Shown here piece after piece: positions 46,137-55,610 of a stretch of DNA of 64,000 nucleotides. The translations under genes and the position numbers were made by a program. The stretch spans positions 9,933 to 73,932 of the forward strand of contig DASVFV010000116.1 of the NCBI GenBank assembly GCA_036379875.1, in the 5' to 3' direction. The first letter of the stretch is position 1. Each line of letters begins with the position of its first letter. Below the pieces are notes generated by a model. That model saw nothing but the letters and a program-made list of their open reading frames with translations, did no database searches and was not told where the DNA came from. The stretch comes from Burkholderiales bacterium. Its GTDB lineage: Bacteria; Pseudomonadota; Gammaproteobacteria; Burkholderiales; SG8-39.

Positions 46137-46527
46137 CCTGCATCTCGGCGCCGAAGCGTCCGGACTGCACGCGCGGCAGCCATTCCCCCACCTTGGCGAC
46201 GAAGGTCTCGAACAGCCGCTCGGCGTTCTGCGGCGATGCCGCGCTCGAGAAGCTCGCGCGCGTGCCGCTCCTGGTATCGGCCGCGAGCGTGAACTGCGGC
46301 ACCGCGAGCAACTGGCCGTGCGCGTCTTTCAGCGAGACGTTCATCCTGCCTTCGGCGTCGGGAAAGATGCGGTAGTTCACCACTTTCTCGGCGAGCAGCA
46401 GCGCCTCGAACTCGCTGTCGCCGCGCTGCACGCCGACCAGCGCGAGCACGCCTTTGCCGATCGCGCCCACCGGGTCGCCGGCGACCTTCACGTTCGCCCC
46501 GGTGACGCGCTGAATGAGCGCGATCAC
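46072..46527 (-). CDS. dtd: D-aminoacyl-tRNA deacylase
   Basis: 151 aa. MIALIQRV...VSLVNDGPVTF is the hallmark Dtd sequence. Confidence 0.9.
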   Translation of the reverse strand: MIALIQRVTGANVKVAGDPVGAIGKGVLALVGVQRGDSEFEALLLAEKVVNYRIFPDAEGRMNVSLKDAHGQLLAVPQFTLAADTRSGTRASFSSAASPQNAERLFETFVAKVGEWLPRVQSGRFGAEMQVSLVNDGPVTFWLQVSPKNKS

Positions 46528-46760
46528 GCGATGATGTCGGGAATCAGGCGCGCGCGCAGACGCTGGATCTGGTCCTTGAGGAGAAGCTTTCTTTTCTTCA
46601 GGCGCTGCAGCTGGATCTGGTCCAGCGAGCGGTCGACCACCAGGCGGCCGATCACGTCGTCGAGATCGTGGTGCTCGATCTCCAGCGCCTGCAGGCGCTG
46701 GCGGATCTGGGCTTTTTCCTCTTCGCTGGGGGGGATATCGATCACGGCCTGGAACGTCAT
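46524..46760 (-). CDS. DUF465 (YdcH-like) family protein
   Basis: 78 aa with LEIEHHDLDDVI...LKKRKLLLKDQI, typical of DUF465. Its stop overlaps the dtd start. Confidence 0.75.
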   Translation of the reverse strand: MTFQAVIDIPPSEEEKAQIRQRLQALEIEHHDLDDVIGRLVVDRSLDQIQLQRLKKRKLLLKDQIQRLRARLIPDIIA

Positions 46761-46785
46761 CCCGGAGCGGTCATCCTATCCCTAT

Positions 46786-47751
46786 CTAGTACGTCTTTGA
46801 AGGCCTGAAGTAGTCCATGCGGTCGATGGAACGCACCGTAACGTCCCGCAGGCTCGCGCCCTGCAGCACCTTGATGCGCACCGCGGCGCCCGCCGCCCCG
46901 CTTCCCCAGATGCGGCGGTAGAAGTCCGCGAGCGTCGTCACTTCCTCGCCGCCCACCGCGACCACGATATCGCCGCTCTTCAGCCCGGCGCGCGCCGCCG
47001 GGCCGTCGGGCGACACGCGCCCTACGAACAGGCGCCCGCGCACCTCGTCGGTGTTGAGCCCGAGCCACGGCCGCGCCGGGCCGCTGCGCTTCCCGCTCGC
47101 GATCAGGTCGTCGAGGATCGGCTTGAGCAGGTCCACCGGCACGAACATGTTGCCGGGCGATTGCGTGCCCGGCGCGCCGGCGTCGGGCACGATCAGCGAG
47201 CCGATGCCGAGCAGCTCGCCCTTCGCGCCGATGAGCGGCGCGCCCGACCATTCCATCACCGGCGGGTAGGTGAAGATCGCCGAGTCGAGCAGGTATTCCC
47301 AGCTGCCGGCGAACGCGCGGCGCGACACCACGTAGACGAGAGTCGGGCTGTCGCGCGCCGGCGCGCTGACCGCCATGGCCGGCTCGCGCTCGGCGAGCGC
47401 GGCGGAGTCGCCGAGCGGCAGCGGCCTGGCGCCCAGCGCGCCCACCACCTTGAGGAGCGCAAGGCCGCTCGCATGGTCGTACGCCGCGAGCGTGGCCGGC
47501 AGGGTGCGCCCGTCGGCGCCGGTGACCTGGATGGCCTCGGCTTCGATGACCAGGTACCCGATGGTGAGCACGTAGCCGTCTCGCACCAGCGCCCCGGTGC
47601 CGCTGCGCTGCATGCCGAGGGTCTCGGCGCTGCGCGCGTTGGGCTGGATCTTCGCGCTGATCGCGACCACCGCGTTGAGCGTTTCCTCGGGCTTGTCCTG
47701 CGCGCAGAGCGCCGAGGCAAGGAAAACAAGGACCAAGAGCGACCATCTCAT
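46786..47751 (-). CDS. secreted trypsin-fold (S1C/HtrA-like) + PDZ domain protein
   Basis: ORF track 46786..47775, trimmed to the second ATG (47751), which is preceded by GGAGGAGG. The signal peptide is MRWSLLVLVFLASALCAQ. It is a paralogue of 5954-6928 and retains Ser in EWSGAPL. Confidence 0.8.
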   Translation of the reverse strand: MRWSLLVLVFLASALCAQDKPEETLNAVVAISAKIQPNARSAETLGMQRSGTGALVRDGYVLTIGYLVIEAEAIQVTGADGRTLPATLAAYDHASGLALLKVVGALGARPLPLGDSAALAEREPAMAVSAPARDSPTLVYVVSRRAFAGSWEYLLDSAIFTYPPVMEWSGAPLIGAKGELLGIGSLIVPDAGAPGTQSPGNMFVPVDLLKPILDDLIASGKRSGPARPWLGLNTDEVRGRLFVGRVSPDGPAARAGLKSGDIVVAVGGEEVTTLADFYRRIWGSGAAGAAVRIKVLQGASLRDVTVRSIDRMDYFRPSKTY

Positions 47752-47821
47752 GAGCCGCCTCCTCCGCCGGTCCATGATGCCTTTCTCGGCATGAAAAGCG
47801 AAGCTAATATTCGCTTATCCC

Positions 47822-48403
47822 ATGTTCCTGTTCATGCTCGGCGGGTCGCTCGTTCTCGGCTTCAGCCTGTTCGCGGCCGCCAGCTACAGCGAAGGAACCT
47901 TGATCGCCGCCCGCACCGCCGCCGAGGTGATCGGCTGGCTGCTCATGCTGGCGGCATTGGCGGGCGCCGTCGCGCTGCGCCAGCCCAATATCGGCAAGGT
48001 CACCGCGGCGGGCGTCAGCCTGTGCTGCGGGCTGCTCCTCGTCTACATCGCGCATTTCCAATGGACCGAGGTGGCCCACGCGGCGGCGGCCGCAACGCTG
48101 CCGCTGAGAAGCGAGCTCAAGATGATCGAGGCGCCCTCGCCGGCGCTGGCGGCCGCGATGGGCATGAAGGAAATCCCGGCGGCGCTGCCGCCGACCGTCG
48201 CCTTCGAAAAGCCGATGCCCTTCGAAAAGCCGCTCCTTGCGGCCGCGATCGCGACCATCGCGCCGAAGCCGAAAGATGCCTGCCGCGACGAGGTCGGCCT
48301 CGCCTGGTTCCTCTGCCAGGAACGCGCGCGCCTCGAGTATTGCCAGACGCGCGCGTACGACGAGACCTGCCCTTCGCCAATTCCCGCCTCGTATCCTGGA
48401 TAA
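47822..48403 (+). CDS. hypothetical membrane protein with C-terminal 4-Cys segment
   Basis: 193 aa with 3 predicted TM helices at the N-terminus. The C-terminus reads ACRDEVGLAWFLCQERARLEYCQTRAYDETC. No family was recognised. Confidence 0.55.
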   Translation: MFLFMLGGSLVLGFSLFAAASYSEGTLIAARTAAEVIGWLLMLAALAGAVALRQPNIGKVTAAGVSLCCGLLLVYIAHFQWTEVAHAAAAATLPLRSELKMIEAPSPALAAAMGMKEIPAALPPTVAFEKPMPFEKPLLAAAIATIAPKPKDACRDEVGLAWFLCQERARLEYCQTRAYDETCPSPIPASYPG

Positions 48404-48418
48404 ATTCGCGCGGGGCAA

Positions 48419-49213
48419 ATGCGGCTCCTGAGCTGGAACGTGCAGTGGTGCCGCGGGATGGACGGCCGCGTGGACCCAAGGCGCATCGCAGCCGAGGCGA
48501 AGCGGCTCGCCGACCCGGATGTGATCTGCCTGCAGGAGATCGCGCGCAACTTCCCCGAGATGGCGGGAAGCTCCGGCGAAGACCAGGTCCACGAGCTGGA
48601 AAAATCCTTGCCCGGCTATCAGGCCTTCTTCGCTCCCGGCGTCGACATTCCGGGCAAGCGCGGCCGCCGCCAGTTCGGCAACATGATCCTCACGCGCCTG
48701 CCTGCCGGCCGGGTCATGCGCCATCAGCTGCCGTGGCCGTCGGCGGCGGACGTGCAAAGCATGCCGCGCGCGGCGATGGAGGTCGTAGTCGGCGAGATCC
48801 GCGTCACCACCACGCACCTCGAGTACTACTCCGCCGAGCACCGCGGCGCGCAGATCGATCACCTCCTCAAGCTGCACCGCGAGGCGGGCGCACCACACCG
48901 CAAAGTGGATGAGCCCGGCAGCTACGAGTCGTACGAGCGCGGCAGGAGCGCCATCGTGTGCGGAGACTTCAACCTCAAGCCGGACGACCCGCACCACCGC
49001 AGGATGCTCGACGGCGGCTTCGTCGATGCCTGGCAGGCGCTGAATGCCGGCAAGCCGCGCCAGCCGACCTTTCACCTCTACGACGGCGAAGCGCAGTACT
49101 GCTGCGACTACGTTTTCGTCACGCCGGACCTCGTGCCGCGCATCAAGTTCCTGCGCATCGACAGCGAGACGCAGGCCTCCGATCATCAACCGGTCATGGT
49201 GGAACTTGCTTAA
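48419..49213 (+). CDS. endonuclease/exonuclease/phosphatase (EEP) family protein
   Basis: 264 aa with EEP blocks SWNVQW, VICLQE, VCGDFN and SDHQPV. Confidence 0.85.
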   Translation: MRLLSWNVQWCRGMDGRVDPRRIAAEAKRLADPDVICLQEIARNFPEMAGSSGEDQVHELEKSLPGYQAFFAPGVDIPGKRGRRQFGNMILTRLPAGRVMRHQLPWPSAADVQSMPRAAMEVVVGEIRVTTTHLEYYSAEHRGAQIDHLLKLHREAGAPHRKVDEPGSYESYERGRSAIVCGDFNLKPDDPHHRRMLDGGFVDAWQALNAGKPRQPTFHLYDGEAQYCCDYVFVTPDLVPRIKFLRIDSETQASDHQPVMVELA

Positions 49214-50042
49214 GGTCACGAAGCTCGCCGACGCGCTCGGCGCCGAGATCAGCGGTGTTGATGTTTCGCAACCGCTCGCGAATTTTTCTGAGATCAGAAA
49301 GGCCTGGCTCGAGCACCTGGTGATTCGCATCCGCGGCCAGAAGCTCACGGATCCGCAGGTGCTCGCGTTCAGCCGCAATTTCGGCGAGCTCGACCCGCCC
49401 GGGCCGAACCCGCTCGGCCGCCCGTTCCTCGCCGACCATCCGGAGATGAACGTGATCTCCAACATCAAGGAGGGCGGCGTGCCGATCGGCGGGCTGGGCG
49501 ACGGCGAGGCGATCTGGCACGCCGACATGACCTACATCGAGCGCCCGCCCATGGCGGCGGTGCTGTACGCGATCGAGATTCCGCCCGCGGGCGGCGATAC
49601 GTACTGGGCCAACATGTATCTCGCCTACGAGACGCTGCCCGCCGGCCTCAAGCGCCGCGTCGAGGGCCGCGAGGCGGTGCACGACGCGACCTACAACAGC
49701 GCCGGCACGATGCGCAAAGGCTACAAGGAAGTCACCGATCCGCGCAGCGCGCCGGGCGCGCGCCACCCGCTGGTGCGCACGCATCCGGAGACCGGGCGCA
49801 AGTGCCTGTTCCTCGGCCGGCGGCGCAACAGCTACGTAGTCGGCCTGGAGCTCGACGAGAGCGAGAAGCTGCTCGACGAGCTGTGGGCGCACGCCACGCA
49901 GCCGCAGCTCACGTTCCGGCAGCAATGGCGCGTCGGCGACGTGATGGTGTGGGACAACCGCTGCACGCTGCACCGGCGCGACGCCTTCGACCCCGCGGCG
50001 CGGCGGCTCCTGCACCGCACGCAGATCAGGGCCGCGGCGTAA
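49206..50042 (+). CDS. TauD/TfdA family Fe(II)/2-oxoglutarate dioxygenase
   Basis: A TTG at 49206 lies in the frame of ORF 49044..50042. The HxD motif is WHADMTY, and the distal His/Arg block is WDNRCTLHRR. Confidence 0.8.
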   Translation: MLKVTKLADALGAEISGVDVSQPLANFSEIRKAWLEHLVIRIRGQKLTDPQVLAFSRNFGELDPPGPNPLGRPFLADHPEMNVISNIKEGGVPIGGLGDGEAIWHADMTYIERPPMAAVLYAIEIPPAGGDTYWANMYLAYETLPAGLKRRVEGREAVHDATYNSAGTMRKGYKEVTDPRSAPGARHPLVRTHPETGRKCLFLGRRRNSYVVGLELDESEKLLDELWAHATQPQLTFRQQWRVGDVMVWDNRCTLHRRDAFDPAARRLLHRTQIRAAA

Positions 50043-50421
50043 GCATTCGCCGGATCTGCTCGACGCGCGCGCGGTTCACGCCGAAGTCGCGCCGCCCCAG
50101 CCGCGAGGCCGAGCGCACCTGGACCCGCGCACCGTCGAAGTAGAACTCCACGTCGTCGACATAGCCGAGCAGCTTGGAGCGGAACTCGGCGTAGAGATAG
50201 CTTGCGTGGCTTTGCACCACCCGGGTTCTGGGCAGCGACTGCACGGCCTTCAACACCTCCGCCATGCTGCCCGAGAGCGGCGCGACGTAATGCTCGCGGT
50301 CGGCAGGATCGGCCTGCGACGAAACGCAGTTCGGCGTTCGCCGGCACGGCGCGAGAAGGCCGTCCTTCACCCCAAGGTTGGTCGGGCGGCGCCAATTGAA
50401 CATCGCCGGGGATGCTAACAT
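50026..50421 (-). CDS. DUF1499 family protein
   Basis: ORF track 50026..50643, trimmed to Met75, which has GGAAGAG upstream. PCRRTPNCVSSQA and SRLGRRDFGVNRARVE are typical of DUF1499. Confidence 0.7.
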   Translation of the reverse strand: MLASPAMFNWRRPTNLGVKDGLLAPCRRTPNCVSSQADPADREHYVAPLSGSMAEVLKAVQSLPRTRVVQSHASYLYAEFRSKLLGYVDDVEFYFDGARVQVRSASRLGRRDFGVNRARVEQIRRMLTPRP

Positions 50422-50449
50422 CGTCCGACTCTTCCACGGGGAGACGACG

Positions 50450-50779
50450 ATGACGCCGCAGCAACTCGCCGAGCTGCTTCTCGGGATCGCCCGCGCCCAG
50501 GCCGCGATGATCCAGGGACTGGAGAACGAACTGGCCGGCGTGCGCAGCGGCCGCATCATCCCCGCCCTGCAGAACGTCGCGCACTTGCGCGACCACCCGC
50601 AGCCCACGCTCACCGACCTGCCGGTGCGCGTGCTGCTCGGCACCCTCGGCCGCCAGGTGCCCGACGCGGCCGGAGTCGTGAAAGACCTCGAGCGTCTCCT
50701 CGGCGGCGCAGGCGCAGCTTCCGCAGCACCAGCAGCAGCCGAGAACCTCGACTTCAGCGCCGAGCCGCCGAAGACCTAA
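50450..50779 (+). CDS. hypothetical protein
   Basis: The ATG at 50450 follows GGGGAG, in the frame of ORF 50378..50779. 109 aa with an Ala-rich tail. No family was recognised. Confidence 0.5.
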   Translation: MTPQQLAELLLGIARAQAAMIQGLENELAGVRSGRIIPALQNVAHLRDHPQPTLTDLPVRVLLGTLGRQVPDAAGVVKDLERLLGGAGAASAAPAAAENLDFSAEPPKT

Positions 50780-50789
50780 GCAATCCGTC

Positions 50790-50853
50790 GTTCCCGCGCA
50801 GGCGGGAACCCCATTTTTTGAAAAGCAAACGGGGCCCCCGCCTTCGCGGGGGC
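50790..50853. repeat. family-C composite element (second copy); first hairpin + T-run is a plausible terminator
   Basis: GTTCCCGC-GCAG-GCGGGAAC (50790-50809) is followed by CCCATTTTTTG, then GCCCCCGC-CTTC-GCGGGGGC (50834-50853). It is collinear with 38901-38970. Confidence 0.75.
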
Positions 50854-50869
50854 GACGTAGAGGTATTCC

Positions 50870-51676
50870 TTAGAAGTCCTTCGGTTCCGAAGGAAACTTC
50901 GGCTCGCGCTTCTCGCGCAGCGCGGCGAGGCCTTCCTTCACCTCGGGGCCGGTGAAGCCCATCATCTCGAGCGCGAGCGAAGCGTCGAACGCCGGGCCGG
51001 CCATGCGCAGCCAGTTGTTCAGCGAGTACTTGGTCCAGCGCAGCGCGGTTTGCGGACCGGCGGCGAGCTTGCGCGCCACTTCGAGCGCTTTGTCCTGCAG
51101 TTGATTCTCCTCGCACGTCAGAGAAACCAAGCCGATGCGCTCCGCCTCCTCCCCGCTGATGGTGTCGCACGTGAGCAAGTAATACTTCGCCTTCGCCATG
51201 CCGCAGAGGAGCGGCCAGATGATCGCGGCGTGGTCGCCCGCCGCGACGCCGAGGCGCGTGTGGCCGTCGATAAGCCTTGCTGTTTTGCTTGCGATGCTGA
51301 TATCTGCCATCAGGGCGGCGGCGAGGCCGGCGCCGACCGCGGGTCCGTGCACGGCGGAGATGATGATCTTCGAGCAGTTCAGCATGTTGTAGACCAGGTC
51401 GCGCGCCTCGCGCCACACGCGCGCGCGCACCGCGAAGTCGCGCGTCATTTCCTCGACCATCGCCATGTCGCCGCCGGCCGAGAAGCCCTTGCCGGCGCCG
51501 CGCAGGATGGCCACGCGGGTGTCCGGGTCGCGGTCCACGTCGAGCCAGACGCGCGCCATCTCGGCGTGCGCGCGGGCGGTGGCGACCGCGAGCTTGCCCG
51601 GCTCGCCCATGACGATCTCGAGGACGCCGGGCTCGAGCGTGCGAATCTGCAGGTCTTTGTACGCGGTGTAGTCCAT
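50870..51676 (-). CDS. enoyl-CoA hydratase/isomerase family protein
   Basis: 268 aa with crotonase blocks KGFSAGGDM and [17 protein letters not shown]. Confidence 0.85.
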   Translation of the reverse strand: MDYTAYKDLQIRTLEPGVLEIVMGEPGKLAVATARAHAEMARVWLDVDRDPDTRVAILRGAGKGFSAGGDMAMVEEMTRDFAVRARVWREARDLVYNMLNCSKIIISAVHGPAVGAGLAAALMADISIASKTARLIDGHTRLGVAAGDHAAIIWPLLCGMAKAKYYLLTCDTISGEEAERIGLVSLTCEENQLQDKALEVARKLAAGPQTALRWTKYSLNNWLRMAGPAFDASLALEMMGFTGPEVKEGLAALREKREPKFPSEPKDF

Positions 51677-51681
51677 CGCTC

Positions 51682-51691
51682 ATTCTACAAT
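51682..51691. promoter_or_regulatory. overlapping divergent -10-like hexamers in a 23-bp spacer
   Basis: On the minus strand, TAGAAT (51687-51682) lies 5 nt before the crotonase ATG. On the plus strand, TACAAT (51686-51691) lies 8 nt before the dehydratase ATG. Neither gene has an SD. Confidence 0.4.
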
Positions 51692-51699
51692 TCGGCCTG

Positions 51700-52653
51700 A
51701 TGATCACCTTCGACGACATCGCGCGCGCGCACGAGCGCATCAAGGCGCAAGCCCGGCGTACGCCGGTCCTCACCTCGCGCACCGTGGACGAGCTGACCGG
51801 CGCCAGCGTGTTCTTCAAATGCGAGAACTTCCAGCGCATGGGCGCGTTCAAGTTCCGCGGCGCGTTCAACGCGTTGTCGCAGCTCGGCGAGGAGCAGAAG
51901 AAGAAGGGCGTGGTCGCCTTCTCCTCGGGCAACCATGCGCAGGCCGTGGCGCTGTCGGGCCGCCTGCTCGGCATCAAGACGGTGATCGTGATGCCCGACG
52001 ACGCGCCGCAGGTGAAGCTCGAGGCGACGCGCGGCTACGGCGCCGAGGTGGTGCAGTACGGCAAGCACGAGGAGCGCGAGACGCTCGCCGGCAAGCTCGC
52101 CGCGGAGCGCGGCCTCACGCTCATCCCGCCCTTCGACCACGCGCACATCATCGCCGGGCAGGGCACCGCGGCGAAAGAGCTGATCGAGGACGTCGGCCCG
52201 CTCGACGTGGTGATGACGCCGTGCGGGGGCGGGGGGCTGCTTTCAGGGAGCGCCATCGCGGCCAAGCACCTCGCGCCGAAGTGCAAGGTCTATGGCGTCG
52301 AGCCGCAGGCCGGCAACGACGCTTCGCAGTCGTTCGTGAAGAAGCGCCTCATCACCATCGCGGTGCCGGACACCATCGCCGACGGCGCGCGCACGCCTTC
52401 GCTCGGCAAGCTCACCTTTCCGATCGTGCTGCGCTACGTCGACGACATGCTCACCGTCGACGACCAGGAGCTCACGCGCGCCATGTTCTTCCTCTGGGAG
52501 CGCATGAAAATCGTCGTCGAGCCGACCGGGGCGTTGGCCTTTGCCGCTCTTTTTACCGGCAAGGTTCCAGTGAAAAACCTGCGAGTCGGTGTCGTGATTT
52601 CAGGCGGAAACGTCGACCTGCGCTGGGCGGCCGCGCAGATAAACAAAGCCTAG
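51700..52653 (+). CDS. PLP-dependent threonine/serine dehydratase family protein (serine racemase / hydroxyaspartate ammonia-lyase-like)
   Basis: 317 aa. The PLP-Lys block is FFKCENFQRMGAFKFRGA, followed by SSGNHAQAVA and GGGGLLSG. Confidence 0.85.
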   Translation: MITFDDIARAHERIKAQARRTPVLTSRTVDELTGASVFFKCENFQRMGAFKFRGAFNALSQLGEEQKKKGVVAFSSGNHAQAVALSGRLLGIKTVIVMPDDAPQVKLEATRGYGAEVVQYGKHEERETLAGKLAAERGLTLIPPFDHAHIIAGQGTAAKELIEDVGPLDVVMTPCGGGGLLSGSAIAAKHLAPKCKVYGVEPQAGNDASQSFVKKRLITIAVPDTIADGARTPSLGKLTFPIVLRYVDDMLTVDDQELTRAMFFLWERMKIVVEPTGALAFAALFTGKVPVKNLRVGVVISGGNVDLRWAAAQINKA

Positions 52654-54591
52654 AACCGCAGCGCCGACCAGAGTGGCGGCGAGCGTGACGTCGAAGCGCG
52701 GCGACACCGTGGCCACTCCGCACACGAACAGCAGCAGCCGCAGCGGCCAGGCGATCGGCCGCGCCCCCAGGTAGCCCTGCAGCGCGAACGACGCGAAGGT
52801 GCACATCGCGATCGCGAACACCACGCACTCGAGGATGTAGAGCACGCCGCCCTGCATGTTGAGGCCGGGATTGAACAGGAAGTAGAACGGCAGGATGAAG
52901 CCGCCGATCGCGAGCTTCACCGCGTAGGGCCCGAGCGCCATCGGATTCACGTCGGCGATCGCGCCGGCGGCGAAGTTGGCCACCGCGACCGGCGGCGTGA
53001 TGGCCGACAGGCAGGCAAAGTAGAGCATGAAGAGGTGCACCTGCATCTCCGGCAGATTGAACACGCCGCGCAGCACCGGCGCGAGCAGCGCCGCACCCAT
53101 GATGTACACCGCCGGGGTCGGCATGCCCATGCCGAGCAGGATGAGGAACAGCGCCGAGAGCAGCAGCGTCGGCACCAGCAGGCCGCCCGAGATCGCGCTG
53201 ATCATGAGCGTGAACTTGCCGGCCAGCGCGCTGATCTCGATCGCGCCCACCACCACGCCCGCTGCCGCCACCGCGCCGACCAGCGGCACGAGCTGCGTGA
53301 TGGTGTCGGTGCAGCACTCGACGAAGCGGCGCGGCCCGATCGCGCTCGGCCGATGGAACCAGGAGAGCACGATCACCGCGGCGGTCGCGCCGGCGGCCAC
53401 GTACACGGGCGTGTAGCCCGCGACGAGGAGCCAGATGAGCGCCGCGAGCGGCAGCAGGTGCCGCCAGCCCGCGGCCAGGGCGCGCCAGAGCGGCACGATC
53501 TGGTCCTCCGGCAGGCGCGGCTCGTTGTTGCGCACCGCCTCGTTATGGACCAGCAGGAAGATGGAGTAGTAGTAGATCAGCGCCGGCAGAAGCGACGCCC
53601 AGGCGATGCTCTGGTAGGCGATGCCGGTGATGTCCGACATGATGAACGCCACCGCGCCCATCACCGGCGGCAGCATCGCGCCGCCGCTCGAAGCGGTGGC
53701 CTCGATGGCGCCGGCGCGCGCCGCCGGGATGCCCATCTTCTTCATGATCGGAATGGTGAGCGGGCCGGTGGTCGCGACGTCCGCGGTCGGGCTGCCCGAC
53801 ACCGAGCCGTACAGGCCGCTCGCGGTGACGCAGGCCTTCGCCGCGCCGCCCCGCATGCGGCCGGTGAACGCGTTGGCGAGGTCGAAGAACAGCTGCCCGC
53901 CGCCCGACCTCTCGTAGAAGCTGCCGAACAGCACGAACAGGAACGCGTAGGTCGCGGCGACCTGCAGCGGCGCGCCGAAGATGCCGTTCTCGGTGATCGT
54001 CATCATCTCGGTGAAATAGACGATGCCGAAGTTGTCGTGGTGCAGCGCGCCCGGCATCCATTTGCCGAACACCGTGAAGACGAGCAGCACCACGACGAGC
54101 GTGGTCAGGCCCCAGCCCGTGCTGCGCCGGCACAGCTCGACCACCAGGCCGAGCAGCAGCAGCCCGACCGCGATGTCGCCGAGCGTCGGCTGCGAGAAGC
54201 CGCGGCTCCAGTTGAGGAACTTGTCGTCGAGCACGATGTAGTAGAGCGCGGCGCCGAACGACAGCGCGGCGAGCGCCACGTCGGTCCAGGCGAGCCGCTC
54301 GCGGCTGCGGCGCGCGGTGGTGGTGAGGAAGGCGATGGGAAACGTGACCGCCATGAACACCGCGATGTCGAGGTGCCAGTTCGCGGTGTAGGAGCGCGCC
54401 CACGCGGCGAACGGGCGCAGGAAGCCCATGCCGAGGTGCAGGGAAAGCCACAACGCGGCGTTGCCGACCATCTGCGCGAGCGCCCCGATCCACAGGACGT
54501 AGAGGGTGGCGACCACCGAGCCGGCGCGGATCAGCACCGCCCAGGCGCCGCGCGGGCGGTGGCGCTTACCCTCCCAGTTGAGCCAACCCAA
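52600..54591 (-). CDS. TRAP transporter fused permease (TAXI-type 4TM/12TM fusion)
   Basis: 663 aa with a TTG start. The protein is polytopic and sits directly downstream of a TAXI-family SBP. Confidence 0.8.
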   Translation of the reverse strand: MGWLNWEGKRHRPRGAWAVLIRAGSVVATLYVLWIGALAQMVGNAALWLSLHLGMGFLRPFAAWARSYTANWHLDIAVFMAVTFPIAFLTTTARRSRERLAWTDVALAALSFGAALYYIVLDDKFLNWSRGFSQPTLGDIAVGLLLLGLVVELCRRSTGWGLTTLVVVLLVFTVFGKWMPGALHHDNFGIVYFTEMMTITENGIFGAPLQVAATYAFLFVLFGSFYERSGGGQLFFDLANAFTGRMRGGAAKACVTASGLYGSVSGSPTADVATTGPLTIPIMKKMGIPAARAGAIEATASSGGAMLPPVMGAVAFIMSDITGIAYQSIAWASLLPALIYYYSIFLLVHNEAVRNNEPRLPEDQIVPLWRALAAGWRHLLPLAALIWLLVAGYTPVYVAAGATAAVIVLSWFHRPSAIGPRRFVECCTDTITQLVPLVGAVAAAGVVVGAIEISALAGKFTLMISAISGGLLVPTLLLSALFLILLGMGMPTPAVYIMGAALLAPVLRGVFNLPEMQVHLFMLYFACLSAITPPVAVANFAAGAIADVNPMALGPYAVKLAIGGFILPFYFLFNPGLNMQGGVLYILECVVFAIAMCTFASFALQGYLGARPIAWPLRLLLFVCGVATVSPRFDVTLAATLVGAAVLGFVYLRGRPAQVDVSA

Positions 54592-54605
54592 GGGCGCTGC
54601 TTACT

Positions 54606-55610
54606 TCACTTCGCCAGCCCCTTTTCCCTGTAGTAGCGCAGCGCGCCGGGGTGGAAGGCCAGATTGGCCGGATTGCTGGCCATCTTCGCGGTGGTGAACG
54701 CGGTCTTGAGCGAGCCGCCGATCGCCTGCACGCGCGCCTCGTTCTCGGCCACGGCCTTCACGTACTTGTAGACCACCTCGTCGGGCACGTGGCTGCCGGC
54801 CAGCAGCGCGACCCACATCTGCACCGTGGGGTATTCCTTCTCGGTGAACGGATAGGTACCCGCCGGCACCATGCCGACCTTGTTGTTGAAGGTGTCGGCC
54901 GCCTTCTGGATCACTTTCGGATCGCCGTCGATCCACATCAGCGCGCGCTTGCCGTGAATGTCCTTCACCAGCGAGTCGCCAAGGTTGCGCGCGTTCATGA
55001 ACACGTCGGCCTTGCCGTCGGTGATCGCATCGAGCCCGATCGCGCTGTTGCCGAGCACGTACGAGCCGCCCCACTTCTCGATGTCCTGGATGGTGAAGCC
55101 GTGCGCCTTCATCACCTCGTAGGGGCCGCCGATGGTGGTCTGCGGGTTGTCCGGGCGGTTGATGGCGAGGCGCATGCGCGGCTTCTTCGCCGCGATGTCG
55201 GCCCACGACTTGATGCCGTTCGCCTCCGCCCACTCCTTGGTCATCAGGAAGTGGATGAACTGGTTGTCGTAGAGCTGCATCACGTAGCTGAACTTGCCCT
55301 TGAGCGGCTTCTGGAACGGCGCCTGGCCTTCGTTGGCGAGCTTCACTTCCGTGCCGGTCGCGGTGGCGGTGAAGTCGGCTTGTCCGTCGGCGATCGCCAG
55401 CACGCCGCCGCCGGGCGAGTTCGGCTTGAACGACACCGCCGAGCCGGGATACGCGTCGCGCACCACTGCGTTCAAGCCCTCGACCATGGTGCGCGGATAG
55501 CCGCTCGGCGTCGCGCCGGTGACGGTCGCGGTGATCGGCTTCTTGTCGTTGAAGTCGGCGAACGCCGGTGTCGCCAGCGCCGCCGCCAATGCGATCGCTA
55601 CAAGTCTCAT
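54606..55610 (-). CDS. TAXI family TRAP transporter solute-binding protein
   Basis: ORF track 54606..55904, trimmed to Met99 (MRLVAIALAAALATPAFA). The C-terminal HPGALRYYREKG is typical of TAXI SBPs. Confidence 0.85.
   Translation of the reverse strand: MRLVAIALAAALATPAFADFNDKKPITATVTGATPSGYPRTMVEGLNAVVRDAYPGSAVSFKPNSPGGGVLAIADGQADFTATATGTEVKLANEGQAPFQKPLKGKFSYVMQLYDNQFIHFLMTKEWAEANGIKSWADIAAKKPRMRLAINRPDNPQTTIGGPYEVMKAHGFTIQDIEKWGGSYVLGNSAIGLDAITDGKADVFMNARNLGDSLVKDIHGKRALMWIDGDPKVIQKAADTFNNKVGMVPAGTYPFTEKEYPTVQMWVALLAGSHVPDEVVYKYVKAVAENEARVQAIGGSLKTAFTTAKMASNPANLAFHPGALRYYREKGLAK

Noticed and set aside
46524-46760. The DUF465 small protein overlapping dtd as a toxin-antitoxin pair.
   Set aside because: Neither partner belongs to a known toxin or antitoxin family. 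dtd is a housekeeping proofreading enzyme, and the 4-nt overlap is ordinary translational coupling.
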